Positions 37,823 through 51,900 of a DNA stretch of 64,000 nucleotides are shown here, one piece after another. This DNA comes from Lytechinus pictus. Taxonomy: Eukaryota. The stretch spans positions 15,626,001 to 15,690,000 of the forward strand of contig NC_087263.1 of assembly GCF_037042905.1 (NCBI RefSeq), read 5' to 3'. Each line of letters opens with the position of its first letter. Within the stretch, counting starts at the first letter, position 1. Position numbers and translations under genes: made by a program. The notes under the pieces were generated by a model that saw only the letters and a program-made list of their open reading frames with translations, ran no database searches and was not told the DNA's origin.

Positions 37823-38021
37823 CTTTCTGACAGCATGACCCTCCTTGGTGTAATGGCACTTGGTACGATCGTTATGCCCGGGACCATGTCGGGAGTACGG
37901 ACCACATCAAGAGTCCCGACACCAGTTCCACCCAAGAAATTGGTGGCGAAGGCAGTGAAAGTATAGACCACATCCTCAGCCAGGAGATGGCTGTCAATGT
38001 CCAGCTCAGAAGTTGTTATGC
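37823..38021 (-). CDS. REJ-domain gene exon
   Basis: tccag acceptor (phase 1) and gttatt donor (phase 2), phase-compatible with the next exon. ...VYTFTAFATNFLGGTG... Confidence 0.8.
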
Positions 38022-40961
38022 CTGGATGTAATGAGGAAAATTTAAAGCACATACGAACCAGCAGCTGCACAGTGCCATCTTAGGTCCTCGGCTACTCAAA
38101 TCTGACCAGGTTCCCAACCCACAATCCAACATTCTGAACAGTTAACGATATAGGCTTGTAATATAGACCCGCTTGAAGGATAACACACTCACACTACTCG
38201 GGGTATTCATACCGCAATAAGTATGATACCAAGGAGCAAAGCAATTACTTTTCCTCTGAAAACAGTTTAGTGTCTCTATTCAAACAACATTCAAGGCAAA
38301 TTTATTCTCTATATTATTCATAGTTTCCACAAAAAGTGGATTTCAAGACTAGCTATTTATAACACAGTAAATGAGAGAAAAACACACATTGTTGATTGGC
38401 TCGCTCCCACTTTGAAAGTAAACGGTCTCACTCGATTTAAATGACGCCGGCTGAACTATTCAAGTTCTCCCTATTTCGCTCTTTTCCTCTTCATAAACAT
38501 TATTCTGTAGTGCTCCTCAAGCTCCCCTCCTTCCATCTGTACACCTGTTATTATTAACCCGTCCCATCCTCTTAAAGGGAAACTCTTTCCAGGTACCACT
38601 GTGTTATCAGACCAACCGGAATAAACAGAGTGACAATGGCATGATATCATTGTTATCACATTTCTTAATGATGTTCGGTTGTCACACCTTGACATTTTAG
38701 CCATGCAGCATAAGTATGCCGACGTACTGTATGTATGGCCAACCGTTTTTTTTTTCAATATTAACTAGTCTAATCTTGATATTATAAACAATCCTTGAAA
38801 ATAGCAACACACACTATCAAGAATCCAAGTTCTTTATAGAATAATTGCTTGTGTGGCTAGCTAAATGATTTAAGAAACTATTTTCATGAAAAGTGATACA
38901 GCCTAAGTATGTTGGCATGCGCTGGCTAAAATGTTCAAGTGTGAGAGCCCCCCCCCCCCCCCTTATTTTTATAATAAACTGGTCCTTCTAAGAAAAAGTG
39001 TCACTGGGCACGTTTGTAAGGGGGGGGGGCATTTTTCTTTGGAAAAAGGGGCATTTTTCTTTGGAAAAAGGGGCATTTTTCTTTGGAAAAAGGGGCACTT
39101 TTTTAGTACTTAAATAAGTGTGGGGACAATGTCACTTCCCCCAAGATCACCACCGCTGATGTGCAGAATGTATGAAATTCTAATGAATTAAAGGGCAAGT
39201 TAAAAGGAAAATATGAAAAATTAAAGTTCACGAGTTTATGATCTATCTTTTCATTTCACTCTCCTTCACCATTTTCTCTTTCTGCATGTACTTCACTAAA
39301 TTTTATCTATACATTTATAAGTACTACCCCCTCTCTCACACACACATTTCTCCCCCCCCCTCCCTCTCTCTTCTCGTGCTTATCCCTCTTTTCTTATAAC
39401 TTTCATGTCATGTGATATCTAGTATTACACTAAGTTTTGATAGAATACTGTAATTATTTTTTATTTGCTTCGTTATATTGTAATTCATGCATTTGTACAT
39501 TGGCCCCTTCAGCATGTGCTGCTGGTTAATATTCATGTATACACCAATAAAATAAAATAAAACAAATTCATCCCTGATTTTGTTTTTTGCTTTCATCTCT
39601 CATTTGTGAACTTTTGATGCATTTGTGAGTTAGATTGTATGCCGTTGTGTCTTCTTGATTTGATGTGTTATGATTGTGTCAATTTAACTGGCTTGTTCTT
39701 GTATGAGTGATCAATGAGTGATGATGAAATGTATCCGCTACAAAGACTTGGTCTTTAGGGATATACATGTATCATTTCATTTTATGAATGACTTTACACA
39801 TGAATTAAAGTCCCACGCTGCACTCTTACTGCCACATACAAGCAATATAACACTCACAATCAGGAATGAATTAGAGTGGTGGTAAGAAGTTTGTAAACCC
39901 CACCAGACAATGAATATATTTCAAGTGTTCAAGTCTGCCATATTTTTATATTTTATCCTGAAGTCAGGTAATACAATAATTACATTCAATAAAGTTTGTT
40001 TGTCTGGGCTCACCAAACACTGTAGTGTACTGTGTTGTTGTCTCCACTCAACACTCTGCATGCAGGAGTGCTTTTTCTGGTGGGGTTCACTAAATTCTTA
40101 GAACCACCGTACATGTATACAGTGTATTAATACATTACATAAAATTGAATTCATCAAGACAATGCATTTAATTCTTACACCGAAGTGATTGACATTTTTC
40201 AAACCGGTTGTCAAAAGACAGGAACATTATATCACATTCATTCACTAGTTATTGTCTTTCATATGTCAGATAAACTGCACTGAAACTTTTTGTAAATGGG
40301 AATACAAAATAGCTGCAGTTTTGCAATAATATAAAAAAAAAACCTCACTATTAGAAAGGAATAAAAAAAACAGTCATCACTATTGCAATAACCAAGATGT
40401 AAATGTGAAAAAAAGTGCATTTCACAAAGCTTTTGAATTCCCAATATGATTCTGTATTAGTGATTCAGTCTCATTTGTAGTGGTATAATCTCTGTAGTTA
40501 CCAACAGAAAACATCATGTACATGCAATCTCTTTAGAGCACACAATATACATTTCATCTTCACTGTCAATTTGCCTTTAAAAACTTACAAATAGACAAAC
40601 TGCAATGGCTCACTAGGAGTGTGATATTGAATAATATGTATACATTTTTTTTTTAAATTCTCTGTGAAACTTCACATCTGTAGTAGTCAAAAGGGGAAAT
40701 GTCTGTTCTTTCTTTAATCTACGGGAAAGGTAATTGCACTGTTAAGTGCTATAATGATCCTCAATCAAATCTAATGAAAATGATTCAGAGTCGATTTCTC
40801 AGATACAATCTCTGCAGTAAACATATCTACAAAACTCTATACAGTATGATAGCATGTAAATACACTGCACAATACATGCCTAGAAAAGGGTAATCAAAAA
40901 AAGGATCATTTTCCATAGCCCTTATTTTTTTTCAACATCACCTTGCCCTTTTCTGAGTTAA

Positions 40962-42625
40962 AGGGATGCTCCAGGCTGGAGATATATATATTTCAATGAA
41001 TAGAGTAAAATTCACAGAGGAAAATGCTGAAAATTTGATCAGAATCGGACAACAAATAACGAAGTTATTGAATTTTAAAAATTTGCATTATTCCGGTGAA
41101 ACAGTTCTAGGCATGTCTTCATGAATATTAAATAGGCGGACTGATGATGTCACATCCCCACTTTCATTTTTCTTATGTTACAGGCGCGGATCCAGGAGGG
41201 GGCCGAGCCGGCCCCGGCCCCCCTATTTTTTGACAACCTACAAAAAAAAGTGTACTCTTTAACTTGATAGAAACTATGAAAAACAGAAAGAAAAGTAAGA
41301 AAGAGGTATCATACCCATGATGTGTAATTTACAGCCTCGTAACGGCCGGCCCGACCCCGAAAGGAAACCAAAAAAAGTGAGGGGAAGAATTGGAAAATAG
41401 ACTTTATATACAAATTTTCGCTCGCGCTTCGCGCTCGCATTGCCTGTGTAATGAATCACATTCAAGAGGATTAAATGGCACTTATATATCCAGTTCTGAA
41501 ATCAATTTGCAAACAATATTTGAGCTCGCACATCAAGCTTTCATTATTTTGTTTGATTTACACAAATTGTTTATATATATCAAAATTTTCAGCTCGCGCG
41601 CTGCGCGCTCGCATTGTTTGATTTGTGAGTTACCTATCCTCTTTGGAAATTCTTACCAAAATTTGTCAAAATGCTCCTTTATCATGTCAGTATATCAAAA
41701 AATTAAGCTCGTGCTTCGCGCTCGCATTATTGTTTGAGACACACAGCTTGTTCTTTATTTAAATAAAAACGCGCTTAGACTGTCCAGTTTTCAGGTCGGA
41801 ATGTCAGAATATTGAGCTCGCGCTTCGCACTCTCATTATTTAATTGGTGATACTTGTATCCTCTTCATTAATCACTAAAAAACCAGTCCTAATTGAGTCC
41901 CTTTTCACGTTACTATAATAGAATTTCGGCTCGAGCTTCGCGCTCGCATTGTTTAGTTGGATACTTTTTTTTTTCATGATTATACAATCTCCTCAGAATC
42001 TTCAGGTCTAAGGACATAAAATATCAAAGAATTTGAGCTCGCACTTCGCGCTCGCATTACATATTAAGACCACATGAGATACCTTATCTTGTTTATAACA
42101 ATTAAAACAAATATATACTTAAAACTACAGTCTTTAGTTAGGACTACCCCCAGAAAAACAAACAAAAAAATCAGATTATAGCGGTCAATCGAGAAAAATG
42201 TTGATGAAAATATTTTTCGGCCCCCCCTATTGGCGAAAGCTGGATCCGCCCCTGTGTTACTACATGAAATCATATTTGTTTCATTTTTCATAAATGCGTA
42301 AATGATGTGTCTCCTTTATGATGAAACAAGTTGCAGCAATAAATAAATATGCACTTAATCAGCTGTCAATCAAATTGTTTTAGTTCTTGTTTGAAAATTT
42401 TTGAATAACCCTAATTTCATATAATACAATACAAAAGAACGAGTGGGGATATGACATCATCAGCCCATCTAATGAATATTCATAAATGCCTAGTCACTGT
42501 TTCACCGGAATAATGCAGATCTTGAAAATTCAATAACTTTGTTATTTGTTGTCCGATTCTGATCAAATTTTCAGCATTTTACTCTATTCATTGAAATATA
42601 TATATCTCCAGCTTGGAGCATCCCT
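40962..42625. mobile_element. Kolobok-like non-autonomous element (TTAA sites, long TIRs) with a nested MITE
   Basis: ttaa|AGGGATGCTCCAG ... CTTGGAGCATCCCT|ttaa; arms of ~200 bp are reverse-complementary. Confidence 0.75.
41181..42254. mobile_element. hAT-like non-autonomous element with repeated gcttcgcgctcgc motifs
   Basis: TIR CAGGCGCGGATCC / GGATCCGCCCCTG; TGTTA duplicated; empty site visible at ~43410. Confidence 0.8.
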
Positions 42626-42965
42626 TTAACTCAGAAAAGGGCAAGGTGATGTGAAAAAAAATAAGGGCTATGGAAAATGATCCTTTTTTTGACAAGGGAG
42701 ACAAGAAGTCAAAATAATGATAATATCCACCAAAATAATGACTCGCGAAACTGTCCTTGGGAAGTATTATTGCAAGTGTTTTTACAAACATTTTCCTCAC
42801 ATTTTTGTTGATGCCTTTTTAACTCCGGATATCCTGATTACTCTACCATAAGCTGTGGATATTGGCGCCATTGTTAGAAATTGATATCCACCCAATTACC
42901 TAAATCACTTCGGTCAACAGAGGGCGACAATTACAGTTTTGGGCTTCAAATATGGATAATACATT

Positions 42966-43257
42966 GTGGAGCGTTGTGGCCCAGTGGATTAGTCTTCTGA
43001 CTTTGAAACAGAGGGTCGTGGGTTCATATCCCAGCCATGGCGTAATTTCCTTCAGCAAGAAATTCATCCACATTGTGCTGCACTCAACCCAGGTGAGGTG
43101 AATGGTATACCTGGCAGGAATTTATTCCTTGAAATGCGTGTGCGCTGTAATCTTTGTAATTACGGCTGCCAAGCTACAGCTGGGGTAATTATATCAAAGT
43201 CCTTTGGAAGCGCATAATGTGATATGCGCTATACAAGAACTGTATATTATTATTATT
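42966..43257 (+). mobile_element. tRNA-derived SINE
   Basis: Same head and body as 2165-2453; (TAT)n tail. Confidence 0.88.
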
Positions 43258-43314
43258 TCGTTTGTTTGATGGAATCTAATTAAAGTCAAATAGTATTGTA
43301 CACTGACGTACTGG

Positions 43315-43804
43315 TGCATGGTGAAACAGTTCTAGGCATGTCTTAACATGCTTAATGAATATTTAATAGATGGGCTGATGATGTCACATCCCCATATTCC
43401 TTTTTCCTTATGTTATTACATGAAATCATAATTGTTTGGTTTTTCATAAACGTGTAAATGATGTGTCTCCTTTAAAATGAAACAAGTTGCAGCAATGAAT
43501 AACTATGTACTTATAATCAGCTGTCAATCAAATTGTTTTAGTTCTTGTTAGAAAATTTTTGAATAAACCTAATTTCATATAATAAAATACAAAAGAACGA
43601 GTGGGGATATGACATCATCAGCCCATCTAATGAATATTCATAAAGACATGCATGCCTAGAACTGTTTCACCGGAATAGTGCAGATCTTGAAAATTCAATA
43701 ACTTCGTTATTTGTTGTCTGATTTTGATCAAATTTTCAGCATTTTGCTTTGTGAATTTTACTCTATTCATTGAGATATAAATATCTTCAGCCTGGAGCAT
43801 CCCT
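43315..43804. mobile_element. Second, left-truncated copy of the 40962 Kolobok-like element
   Basis: Collinear with 41090-42625 without the MITE; ends GCATCCCT|ttaa. Confidence 0.78.
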
Positions 43805-44019
43805 TTAACTCAGGGAAGGGCAAGGTGATGTTAAAATACAATAGTACAGTTGTTAAGTTAATTTGCATTGGAATGATGTACATGCATAGGAATGCGTTGT
43901 CACGCGATCTGATCCATAAAAAAGACAAAAACCAGAAAAATGCAATTTGAACCGCATGCGGTTTCTTCGGATGGTGTGGGGGAAGATTTACGGAGACTAA
44001 CCAGTGGAATTTAAAGTGG

Positions 44020-44512
44020 CATCGTCTCGTCTACTGCCAACTCGTCCACTCACCACATGGTCTACTTTCATTTAGTCTAATGCCATTCCGTCCATCAACA
44101 TTTCGTCTAACAACCATTTGGTCCGTCTAATCACCATTTCGTCTACCATTTGGTCCGTCTAATCACCATTTCGTCTACCATTTGGTCCGTCTAATCACCA
44201 TTTCGTCTAAATACCATTTGGTCCAATCATCACTTTGTCTAATCACCATTTCGTCTACGACCATTTCATCTCATAACCATTTGGTCGGTCTATTATCCAT
44301 TTCATTCATTTTGCACAATTAACACTTAGTCCAGTTAGACCAAATGGTATATGGACTAAATGGCTATTGGACCAACTGGTTATTAGACGAAATTGTGAGT
44401 GGACGGATTCGCAATTAGATCATGTGGATAGTAAACGAACTGATGGTAGACCGAATGATAGTAGACGAGTTGTCAATTGGACGAATTGACATTAGACGAA
44501 TTGGAGGTATAC
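44020..44512. mobile_element. Fold-back element with internal (ccatttcgtctaa) repeats; related copy inverted at ~49850-50243
   Basis: cgtct/agacg arms; shared sequence with 49850-50243 in opposite orientation. Confidence 0.7.
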
Positions 44513-44852
44513 CAATTATCGGGTTAGGTGCAATATCCTCTAATTTTACTATTTTATTAAACAGGTGAATTCATTTGCATAGGTATCCCCAAAATATGCC
44601 AAATGAATGGGGAATATATTCAAAGCAGATCCATGATATTCATAAACTGGCGTCGTACAACATTAATTTTTTTATGTTTAGATAAGTTATTTAACCTCTT
44701 AATTAGACAAAGAGAAAAATGGAAAGATGTCATTGACAAATGAATGAGGTCGGAATGTAAACCAAGGATGGTAGAATATGTACAAGATCAATGTATCATT
44801 GACATTTGCATTGTAAGTGAACAATATGCATGAGAAGGTCTCCAATTATTAG

Positions 44853-45455
44853 AGGACAAGTCCACCCCAACAAAATGTTGATTTGAAAAAAGGAGAAAAA
44901 TCAAACAAGCATAACACTGAAAATTTCATCAAAATCGGATGTAAAATAAGAAAGTTATGACATTTTAAAGTTACGTTTATTTTCACAAAACAGTTATATG
45001 CACATCCTGGTAGGTATGCAAATGAGGAGACTGATGACGTCATCCACTCACTATTTCTTATGTATTTTATTGTATGAAATATTCTAATTTTATCCTCATT
45101 GTCAAGCGAAACGACGATTATTTCCTCCATGAACATATGAAATGAGCATTGTTTAATACTATATGGTTCAGTCAAGTTCGTCCTTATTGTCAAATCTGTA
45201 AAAAATGAAATATTGTATAATTCAAACTATAAAAAACAAAAGATATAGTGAGTGAGGGAGTGAGGGACATCATCGACTCTCTCATTTGCATGTCACTGAG
45301 TTATGCATATCACTGTTTTGTGAAAAATAAGCGAAACTTTAAAAATTCATAACTTTCTTATTTTACATCCGATTTTGATGAAATTTTCAGCGATATGCTA
45401 GTTTGATTTTTCTCTATTTATTAAAATCAATGTTTTCCTGGGGTGGACTTGACCT
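44853..45455. mobile_element. Kolobok-like MITE (AGGACAAGTCCACCCC TIR)
   Basis: TIR pair with TTAG/TTAA flanks; near-identical copy at 54023-54615. Confidence 0.8.
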
Positions 45456-45607
45456 TTAAGCAAAGTTGTGTTGAAAGTCAGAAAATATGTAAAACGAGCA
45501 GAATATTATGAAGACAAGGATTAGGATTTATTTAGTTTCAGAGGTTAGATTTTATGTTTGACTTAACGTCCAGGGTCCCGTTACACAAAGGTTAGTGATA
45601 GATCGTA

Positions 45608-45846
45608 CACTGTAAAAACTGCGGTGTTAAAACTGACACCAGTTGGTGTTAATAGAGGACCACACCCCGAGGTGTTAAAATTACACCCTAGAGATTGAAC
45701 ATAACACCAAAGAGTGTAAATGTAACAACCAAAGGTGTTGTAATAACACCTATAGGTGTAAAACTAACACCACCAATTTAACACCGGTGTAAAATAACTG
45801 GTGTGGTCCTCTATGTACACCGGTTAACACCACAGTTTTTGCTGTG
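45608..45846. mobile_element. CACTG-ended MITE (EnSpm/CACTA-like) nested in a Harbinger-like MITE (45573-45942)
   Basis: CACTGTAAAAACTG / CAGTTTTTGCTGTG with TA duplication; second copy at 47007-47245; empty host copy at 50607-50737. Confidence 0.82.
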
Positions 45847-46656
45847 TACGCTTGATTTTTTTACGATTGTACATTGTAGTCCATGGAATCAATGGCAGAA
45901 AAATGTTCTATGATCATTGCTAAGTTTTGTGTTACGGGCCCCAGATTTTCCTTTGGAGCAATCGTCGTCGGAGCAAATGTCATGGAACCGTTGTAAGCGG
46001 GTAGAGCGGCTTCTAAATTACTGAACTTTGAACGGAGTATCTAGTGAACTGAAATTGAGGTCTGAAAGGGGGAGGGGTCATCAAAGCGACACGTCCCCGT
46101 ATCGCCGATGTCATGATGTAAGTGCCCCCCCCCCCCCCCCCCCGGAAGCTAATAGAAAAAAATATCACCAAATGAATGTATTTTTTTTTTAATATCGATT
46201 TAGCTCGCTAGTTTCACTCACTCGTATAAGAAGTACATCGAATACCCAGTCCCTTCAAATTCTCCGCATAATGTATTTTGCTAATCCCACGGACGTATCT
46301 GCAGTTTATACTTTATTTAAATGTCATACAAAAGACCTTGTATTATCAAGGTAGCTGAATCCCGCCCGAATTCTATTCTATCTGCCGCTCTCTTGCGAGA
46401 GAAGAAAGTTAGTCATAAAAACCGAAAACAAATGTCTGGCCTAATTTCTGTGACCCTCTCGACTAATTTCCACTCCCAATTTTTGTCACTCAACTTTTTT
46501 TTCATTTATGCGAAGGTAAATTAATTTATCTAGAAACAACTTAAGTCCCGTTATAAATTAGTAATTAATGCTAATTATTCAGAAGTTTACCCACGGTCGT
46601 CTACTTGATTAAACCACAAAAATTAAATGAAATCATATGATGTTCGTGTATTCATG

Positions 46657-46857
46657 CACTGCAAAATCTCTTGTGTTCATTTAACACCAGCTCGGAATCT
46701 ATATATGTCCACACCAGAGAAGTGTTAACACCAGTTTCGTTTTGGTCTAAACACCAGGTGTTTATACAACACCAATGGTGTTGTTTCAATACTTCTCCGG
46801 TGTGGACATATATAGATTCCGGGCTGGTGTTAAATCAACACCGGAGTTTTTGCAGTG
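46657..46857. mobile_element. Palindromic CACTG-ended MITE
   Basis: CACTGCAAAA...TTTTGCAGTG, TG duplicated, long hairpin. Confidence 0.8.
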
Positions 46858-47006
46858 TGGACGACCTAGTTTAGAATCATGAATTTTGATCGATTACTTA
46901 ATTTCACTATATTTCGTCGTTTTCATTTTATACAAATTTACAGTCAAGTAAATGCAGTCTATATGTCAAAACAAATCAATATGATAAATAAGATTGTGTA
47001 ATCATA

Positions 47007-47245
47007 CACTGTAAAAACTGTGGTGTTAAAACTGACACCAGTTGGTGTTAATAGAGGACCACACCCCGAGGTGTTAAAATTACACCCTAGAGATTGATCA
47101 TAACACCAAAGAGTGTAAATGTAACAACCAAAGGTGTTGTAATAACACCTATAGGTGTAAAACTAACACCATCAATTTAACACCGGAGTAAAATAACTGG
47201 TGTGGTCCTCTATGTACACCGGTTAACACCACAGTTTTTGCTGTG
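47007..47245. mobile_element. CACTG-ended MITE, second copy of the 45608 element
   Basis: Near-identical sequence; flanked by a TAATCATA direct repeat. Confidence 0.82.
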
Positions 47246-48654
47246 TAATCATAGAAAAAGATATCCATATACAAATATTCATACTATGATTTTATGAATG
47301 TTTCTGTGACGTAACACTGAACATATTTTCACAAAATGAATTTGATAATGATAACAAAAATAACAATATCACTAAAACAAAACAAAACCACATTTGTCAT
47401 AAATTGACGTCTCTAGGGGTTGTTCTGTCTATCAATATTGGGTTTTGTTCCTGATTTTGAGCACCGCCCCCCCCCCCCCCCTCTCCTCCGCCTAACACAA
47501 AGAAAAATTATCAATAGATAATATAATTATTATTTCCGCTCTTCCTAAACAAATCATGACTTATTATTCTCATCCGAGATGTACATGCTACTTATACTTA
47601 ATGGGCTACAGCTTACTTGGTAGTAGTCTTTTGTCAAAGTCACCCGCTGTTTAATTAGTGTTTAAAATATAATCTAGAACGGGGTCTGGTGTCTAAAGAC
47701 TACATTAACAAGCTGCGAAGTAGAGAGTCATGGAAGTAGTCTTCGTCTGCCCCTTTCAGCTCTCTTTTTATTGCCATTTGAAGGTTAAAAGCACATGATA
47801 TTATGTTCGTGGAGTCTTGTAGAAAGTCTAACTCGCTATTAAACACGCAGGAACTCAGATATCATCAGCAAAAGGATCCGGAATGCCTTCGGACAATTGG
47901 TGTTCCGGTTCATTAGTAAACCAAAACAAACCGAATGGACATCCGTCATCGCTCATACCCTAACATATAACATGCACTGGCTAAATGTGGACGGAGCTTT
48001 GCACGCGAGCGAAAAAAATAAGATTAAAGGCCAAGTCCTTCCCCCAAATAAGTTCATTTTGTTTGGGCTCACTTGGCCTTTAAATGAATATACGTCTGTT
48101 TCATAAAACCGCTTGTATTGTTACGCACAATGTTTACGAGTAACTAAAATAAACAGTAGCAGAGAGGCTAGGGTGGCTGATATTTTTAGAAAATCATGCG
48201 AGTGAGTGTAGCGACCGAGCAAGAGCATTTTCCACTTTTAACTGTGAAACTTGGCAATTTAAACTTATAACACGGAGAACAATTTGGTACAGCAGTGGTT
48301 GAAATGCCGACCCCTCCAAAATTAATGTAAGCTGTCTTTATTTATAAGAGGGAGCGTAGCTACCGAACGAGAAATGTTCCCACTTTTTAAAATTTGGCAT
48401 TTCCAACCTACAATTGACTGTAGTCGTGAACGGGGTCTGTGTCATAGCCCTCAAAACAGAGAATTTCCGATAATTGTACGCGAGTGAGTGTAGCGACCAA
48501 GCAATGTTATTTGGAAATTTTGATAGTAAAACTTAGCATTATGGCGCACTAAAAACACTACATTTTGGAGGCAAACATCTGCCGATAACTTTTAATAGCA
48601 TATGAACTACTTTACTTCTGGCAAATTTATCTAAATGGTTCAATGCTATCCTGC

Positions 48655-48960
48655 AAATGATAAATAACAAATAAATGAATAGATAAATGAATGAATACAT
48701 TAAATAAAAAAAGAAAGAAAAAAAAATGAATAAAGAAATAAAGAAAAAAAAATGAATAAAGAAATAAAGAAATAAAGAAAAAAAAAGAAATAATGAAATA
48801 CAAATATAAAGAAAGAGAAAGAAAGAAAGAAAGACAGACAGACAGATAGAAATAAAGAAAGAAAGAATGAAAGAAAGGAATAGATGAATAAAGAAACAGA
48901 GAAGTAAATAAATGAATGAATAAATAAATAAACAAATATAATAAATAAGTAAACGAATAC
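48655..48960. repeat. (AAAG/AAAT)n low-complexity tract
   Basis: Read directly. Confidence 0.9.
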
Positions 48961-51900
48961 AATACTTTGTCGCCTTCTAGTTAATAAATTCCATTTTCGA
49001 CTAAAAAAAATTAGGTACTGCTTATACACTAGGAAAAGCAGTCGTAAACCTCTCATCACGTTAAAATGAAATTGCCTACTTTCGATTGTGTTAATTATTA
49101 CCTTTAATTGATTCCTTGTAAAAAAATGACCTTCGGTGATTAATCAGATGTTAAGCCAATTGAATAAGGCTTAAGATAATGATTCATGCATTGTTCATAA
49201 TATGATGACAATACGAAATGACCATGGATTCACACTCTCAATACGAACAATGATATTTTCGATATGGGGTAAGATGAGGGGTGTCGGGGCTGTATTTACC
49301 CCCCCCCCCCCTCCTCCCCTCAAACTTCTAAGATGCTAAAGAAACTCAATGGTCCGTATAAATCCCCTGTGCAAATTGTATAAAAAAAGGAACACGTAAC
49401 TGCTTTTAACAAAAATGTTAGTGTGACTTAAAGTTGCAATTAACTTCCCAGTTGTGTGCCGTATAATATCACGTGGAGAGTGGGGGGGGGGGGGTCATAG
49501 AAAATTAACGACACTGCAAAACACACTGCTTAAAATTTCAAGCTCTTTTTTAAGCATGTCATTCCTAGCAAGTATTGTTTAAACTTTTAAACATGTTGTA
49601 TAAATTATTAAACAAGTTCTTTAAAAATTTTAACGGTTTAAAAACAATTGTTTAAAAGTTTAAACAATAGTTGTTAGAGCGACTGGTTTAATCAACGTGG
49701 TTCAATTTTTAAGCAGCTAACAATGTTTAAATGAGAGGAAAATGGCATCCATCGTGTTGATTCCCTGTTCTGAAAAAGGGCAGCATCAAACATTCCCTTT
49801 TCATCTTCCTCGTTAACAGCACTTTCTCTGGATATACAACTCGTGGGTGTTTCATTGGTTAATTTCCAATTGATCTAATGCCAATTCGTCTAATTACCAA
49901 CTCGTCTATTATCGTTCATCAATTCGTCCACTTTCCATACTTTGCCATATCGTCCACTCACCATTTCGTCTAATAACCAGTTGGTCCAATAGCCATTTAG
50001 TTCATAAACCATTTGGTCTAATTGGATAGGTGCTAATTGGGCAAAATGAATGAAAAGACAATGGGTATTAGACCAACTGGTTATAAGACGAAGTGGTCAT
50101 AGACGAAATGGTGATTAAACGAAGTGATTATTGGACCAAATGGTTGTTAGACGAAATGCTGATGGACGGAATGGCATTAGACTAAACGAAGGAAGACCAT
50201 GTGATGAGTGGACGAGTTGGCAATAGAGAATCGACAGTTTACCGTTTTATAAAGGTGTTCGTAAATTTTATACGGACGACTTTACGAACGACTGGTGATC
50301 CTTTCTTAGGAACTACAACAACACCGATGACAACATTGTGGTATGATTTAACAAATGAAAGGATCACCACTCTTTCATAAAGTCGCTCGTAATATAAGTT
50401 ACGAACAGTTTTGAAGAGATGAAGGCTATTGAATTGTCTTTATCCCTGTGTGAAACAAAAAAATGTCTGTATGAATAAATTATTCATTTGTAAATAAATT
50501 ATTCATGCAGACTTTTATCTCTGCTACATATTCTATATAACTTTGTAGTCTATCTTCCTAATCATGAAAGGCAAAAATTAATACATCGACGGCTTCAGCA
50601 TGACCTGGGGCCCGTAACACAAAACTTAGCAATGATCGTAGAACATTTTTTTTCGATTGATTGCATAGACTACAATGTACAATCAATCGTGAAAATCAAG
50701 CTTACGATCAATCGCTAACCTTTGTGTTACGGTCCCCTGATGTGTCTGTATGACGGAAAACGTCCCTCTTACGTCCGCCTCAAATTCCCATCAAAACACA
50801 CCCCTGTCGAACTAGGGACGTGACATTAGCTTATCATCCCAGGACACTTATGTTCACTCCAACAAACTAATTACTAAATCAAACATTTTTTTCAACAGAA
50901 TGATACCGCGTGAGGGTGGCTTCGGGGATTGAGAACACCTCTACCTGCGCCACACATGCACACACACTCACCCGCGCATAATTTTTTTTTTTCAACATGT
51001 TTTTATTACGGATTTCATTCAAATGGATGACATGAACTCAAGATAAATAAAAAAATTACAAATCTTCATTTTATATCAACAAGGATATGCAAAAAAAATT
51101 AAAAATATTTCCCAAAAACTGAAGCAAATAAGGATGGAATTAAATTCCTTAAAAGTATACTTTTATTTCTAAAAACGAACAAACTAACTAACTAAACTGA
51201 GCACCCAACCCTCTTTGTATTTTAATAATAATTAATATTGATTGAGTGAATGATTTGCAAGAAAACAGAAATCAACATACATGTATATTATCATTGCATC
51301 CCATTTTACATCAAGCTTCAACATAACTTTACATAATTATACACACACCCACTTTAACACCCACACACACATGCACATACCATGCATACGTAAACAAACA
51401 TAATAATTTATATACAAATCTGCATATGAACGTTTAATTTTTCGCAAAATAGGATACAGAAAGAAAAGAACCTGGAAATCATATTGATACAAGAGAAGGG
51501 GTAATTGAAAAGAACTAGTAAAAAGAAAAAAAATCATCAGCACTTGCACGTACACACACACATACAAACGCCAACCAAGAAACAATAGGATCCCCAAACC
51601 CAACTCCTTCCTCCATCGGCACTATTTTATAAACTAAGTGCATCCCACCTGTTAGCAGATGGGGAGAGACCGGGGAGGGGGTGTAATAAGGGGGCAATAC
51701 TTATGAAATGTCAAGTTTTGATCGTGGAGTTAAAGGCCAAGCTTAACATTGATTTGATTTAAAACAAAATCTGAGCTGCAAGGTCCCACTTGTCACCTGT
51801 GTCTGTGATATGTTTAAAAAAATAAAGCCCCCCCCCAAAAAAAAAAAAAATAAATAAATAAATAAATAAATGAATAAATAAATAGATTTTAAAAAAAATT

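Noticed and set aside
38471..38758. Possible extra REJ exon (VYSGWSDNTVVP)
   Set aside because: No phase-compatible splice sites found; it abuts a ttaaaggg TE-like end.
48627..49059. Phe/Leu-rich 'membrane' ORFs (also 4441-4760 and 62616-63040)
   Set aside because: Low-complexity purine/pyrimidine tracts.
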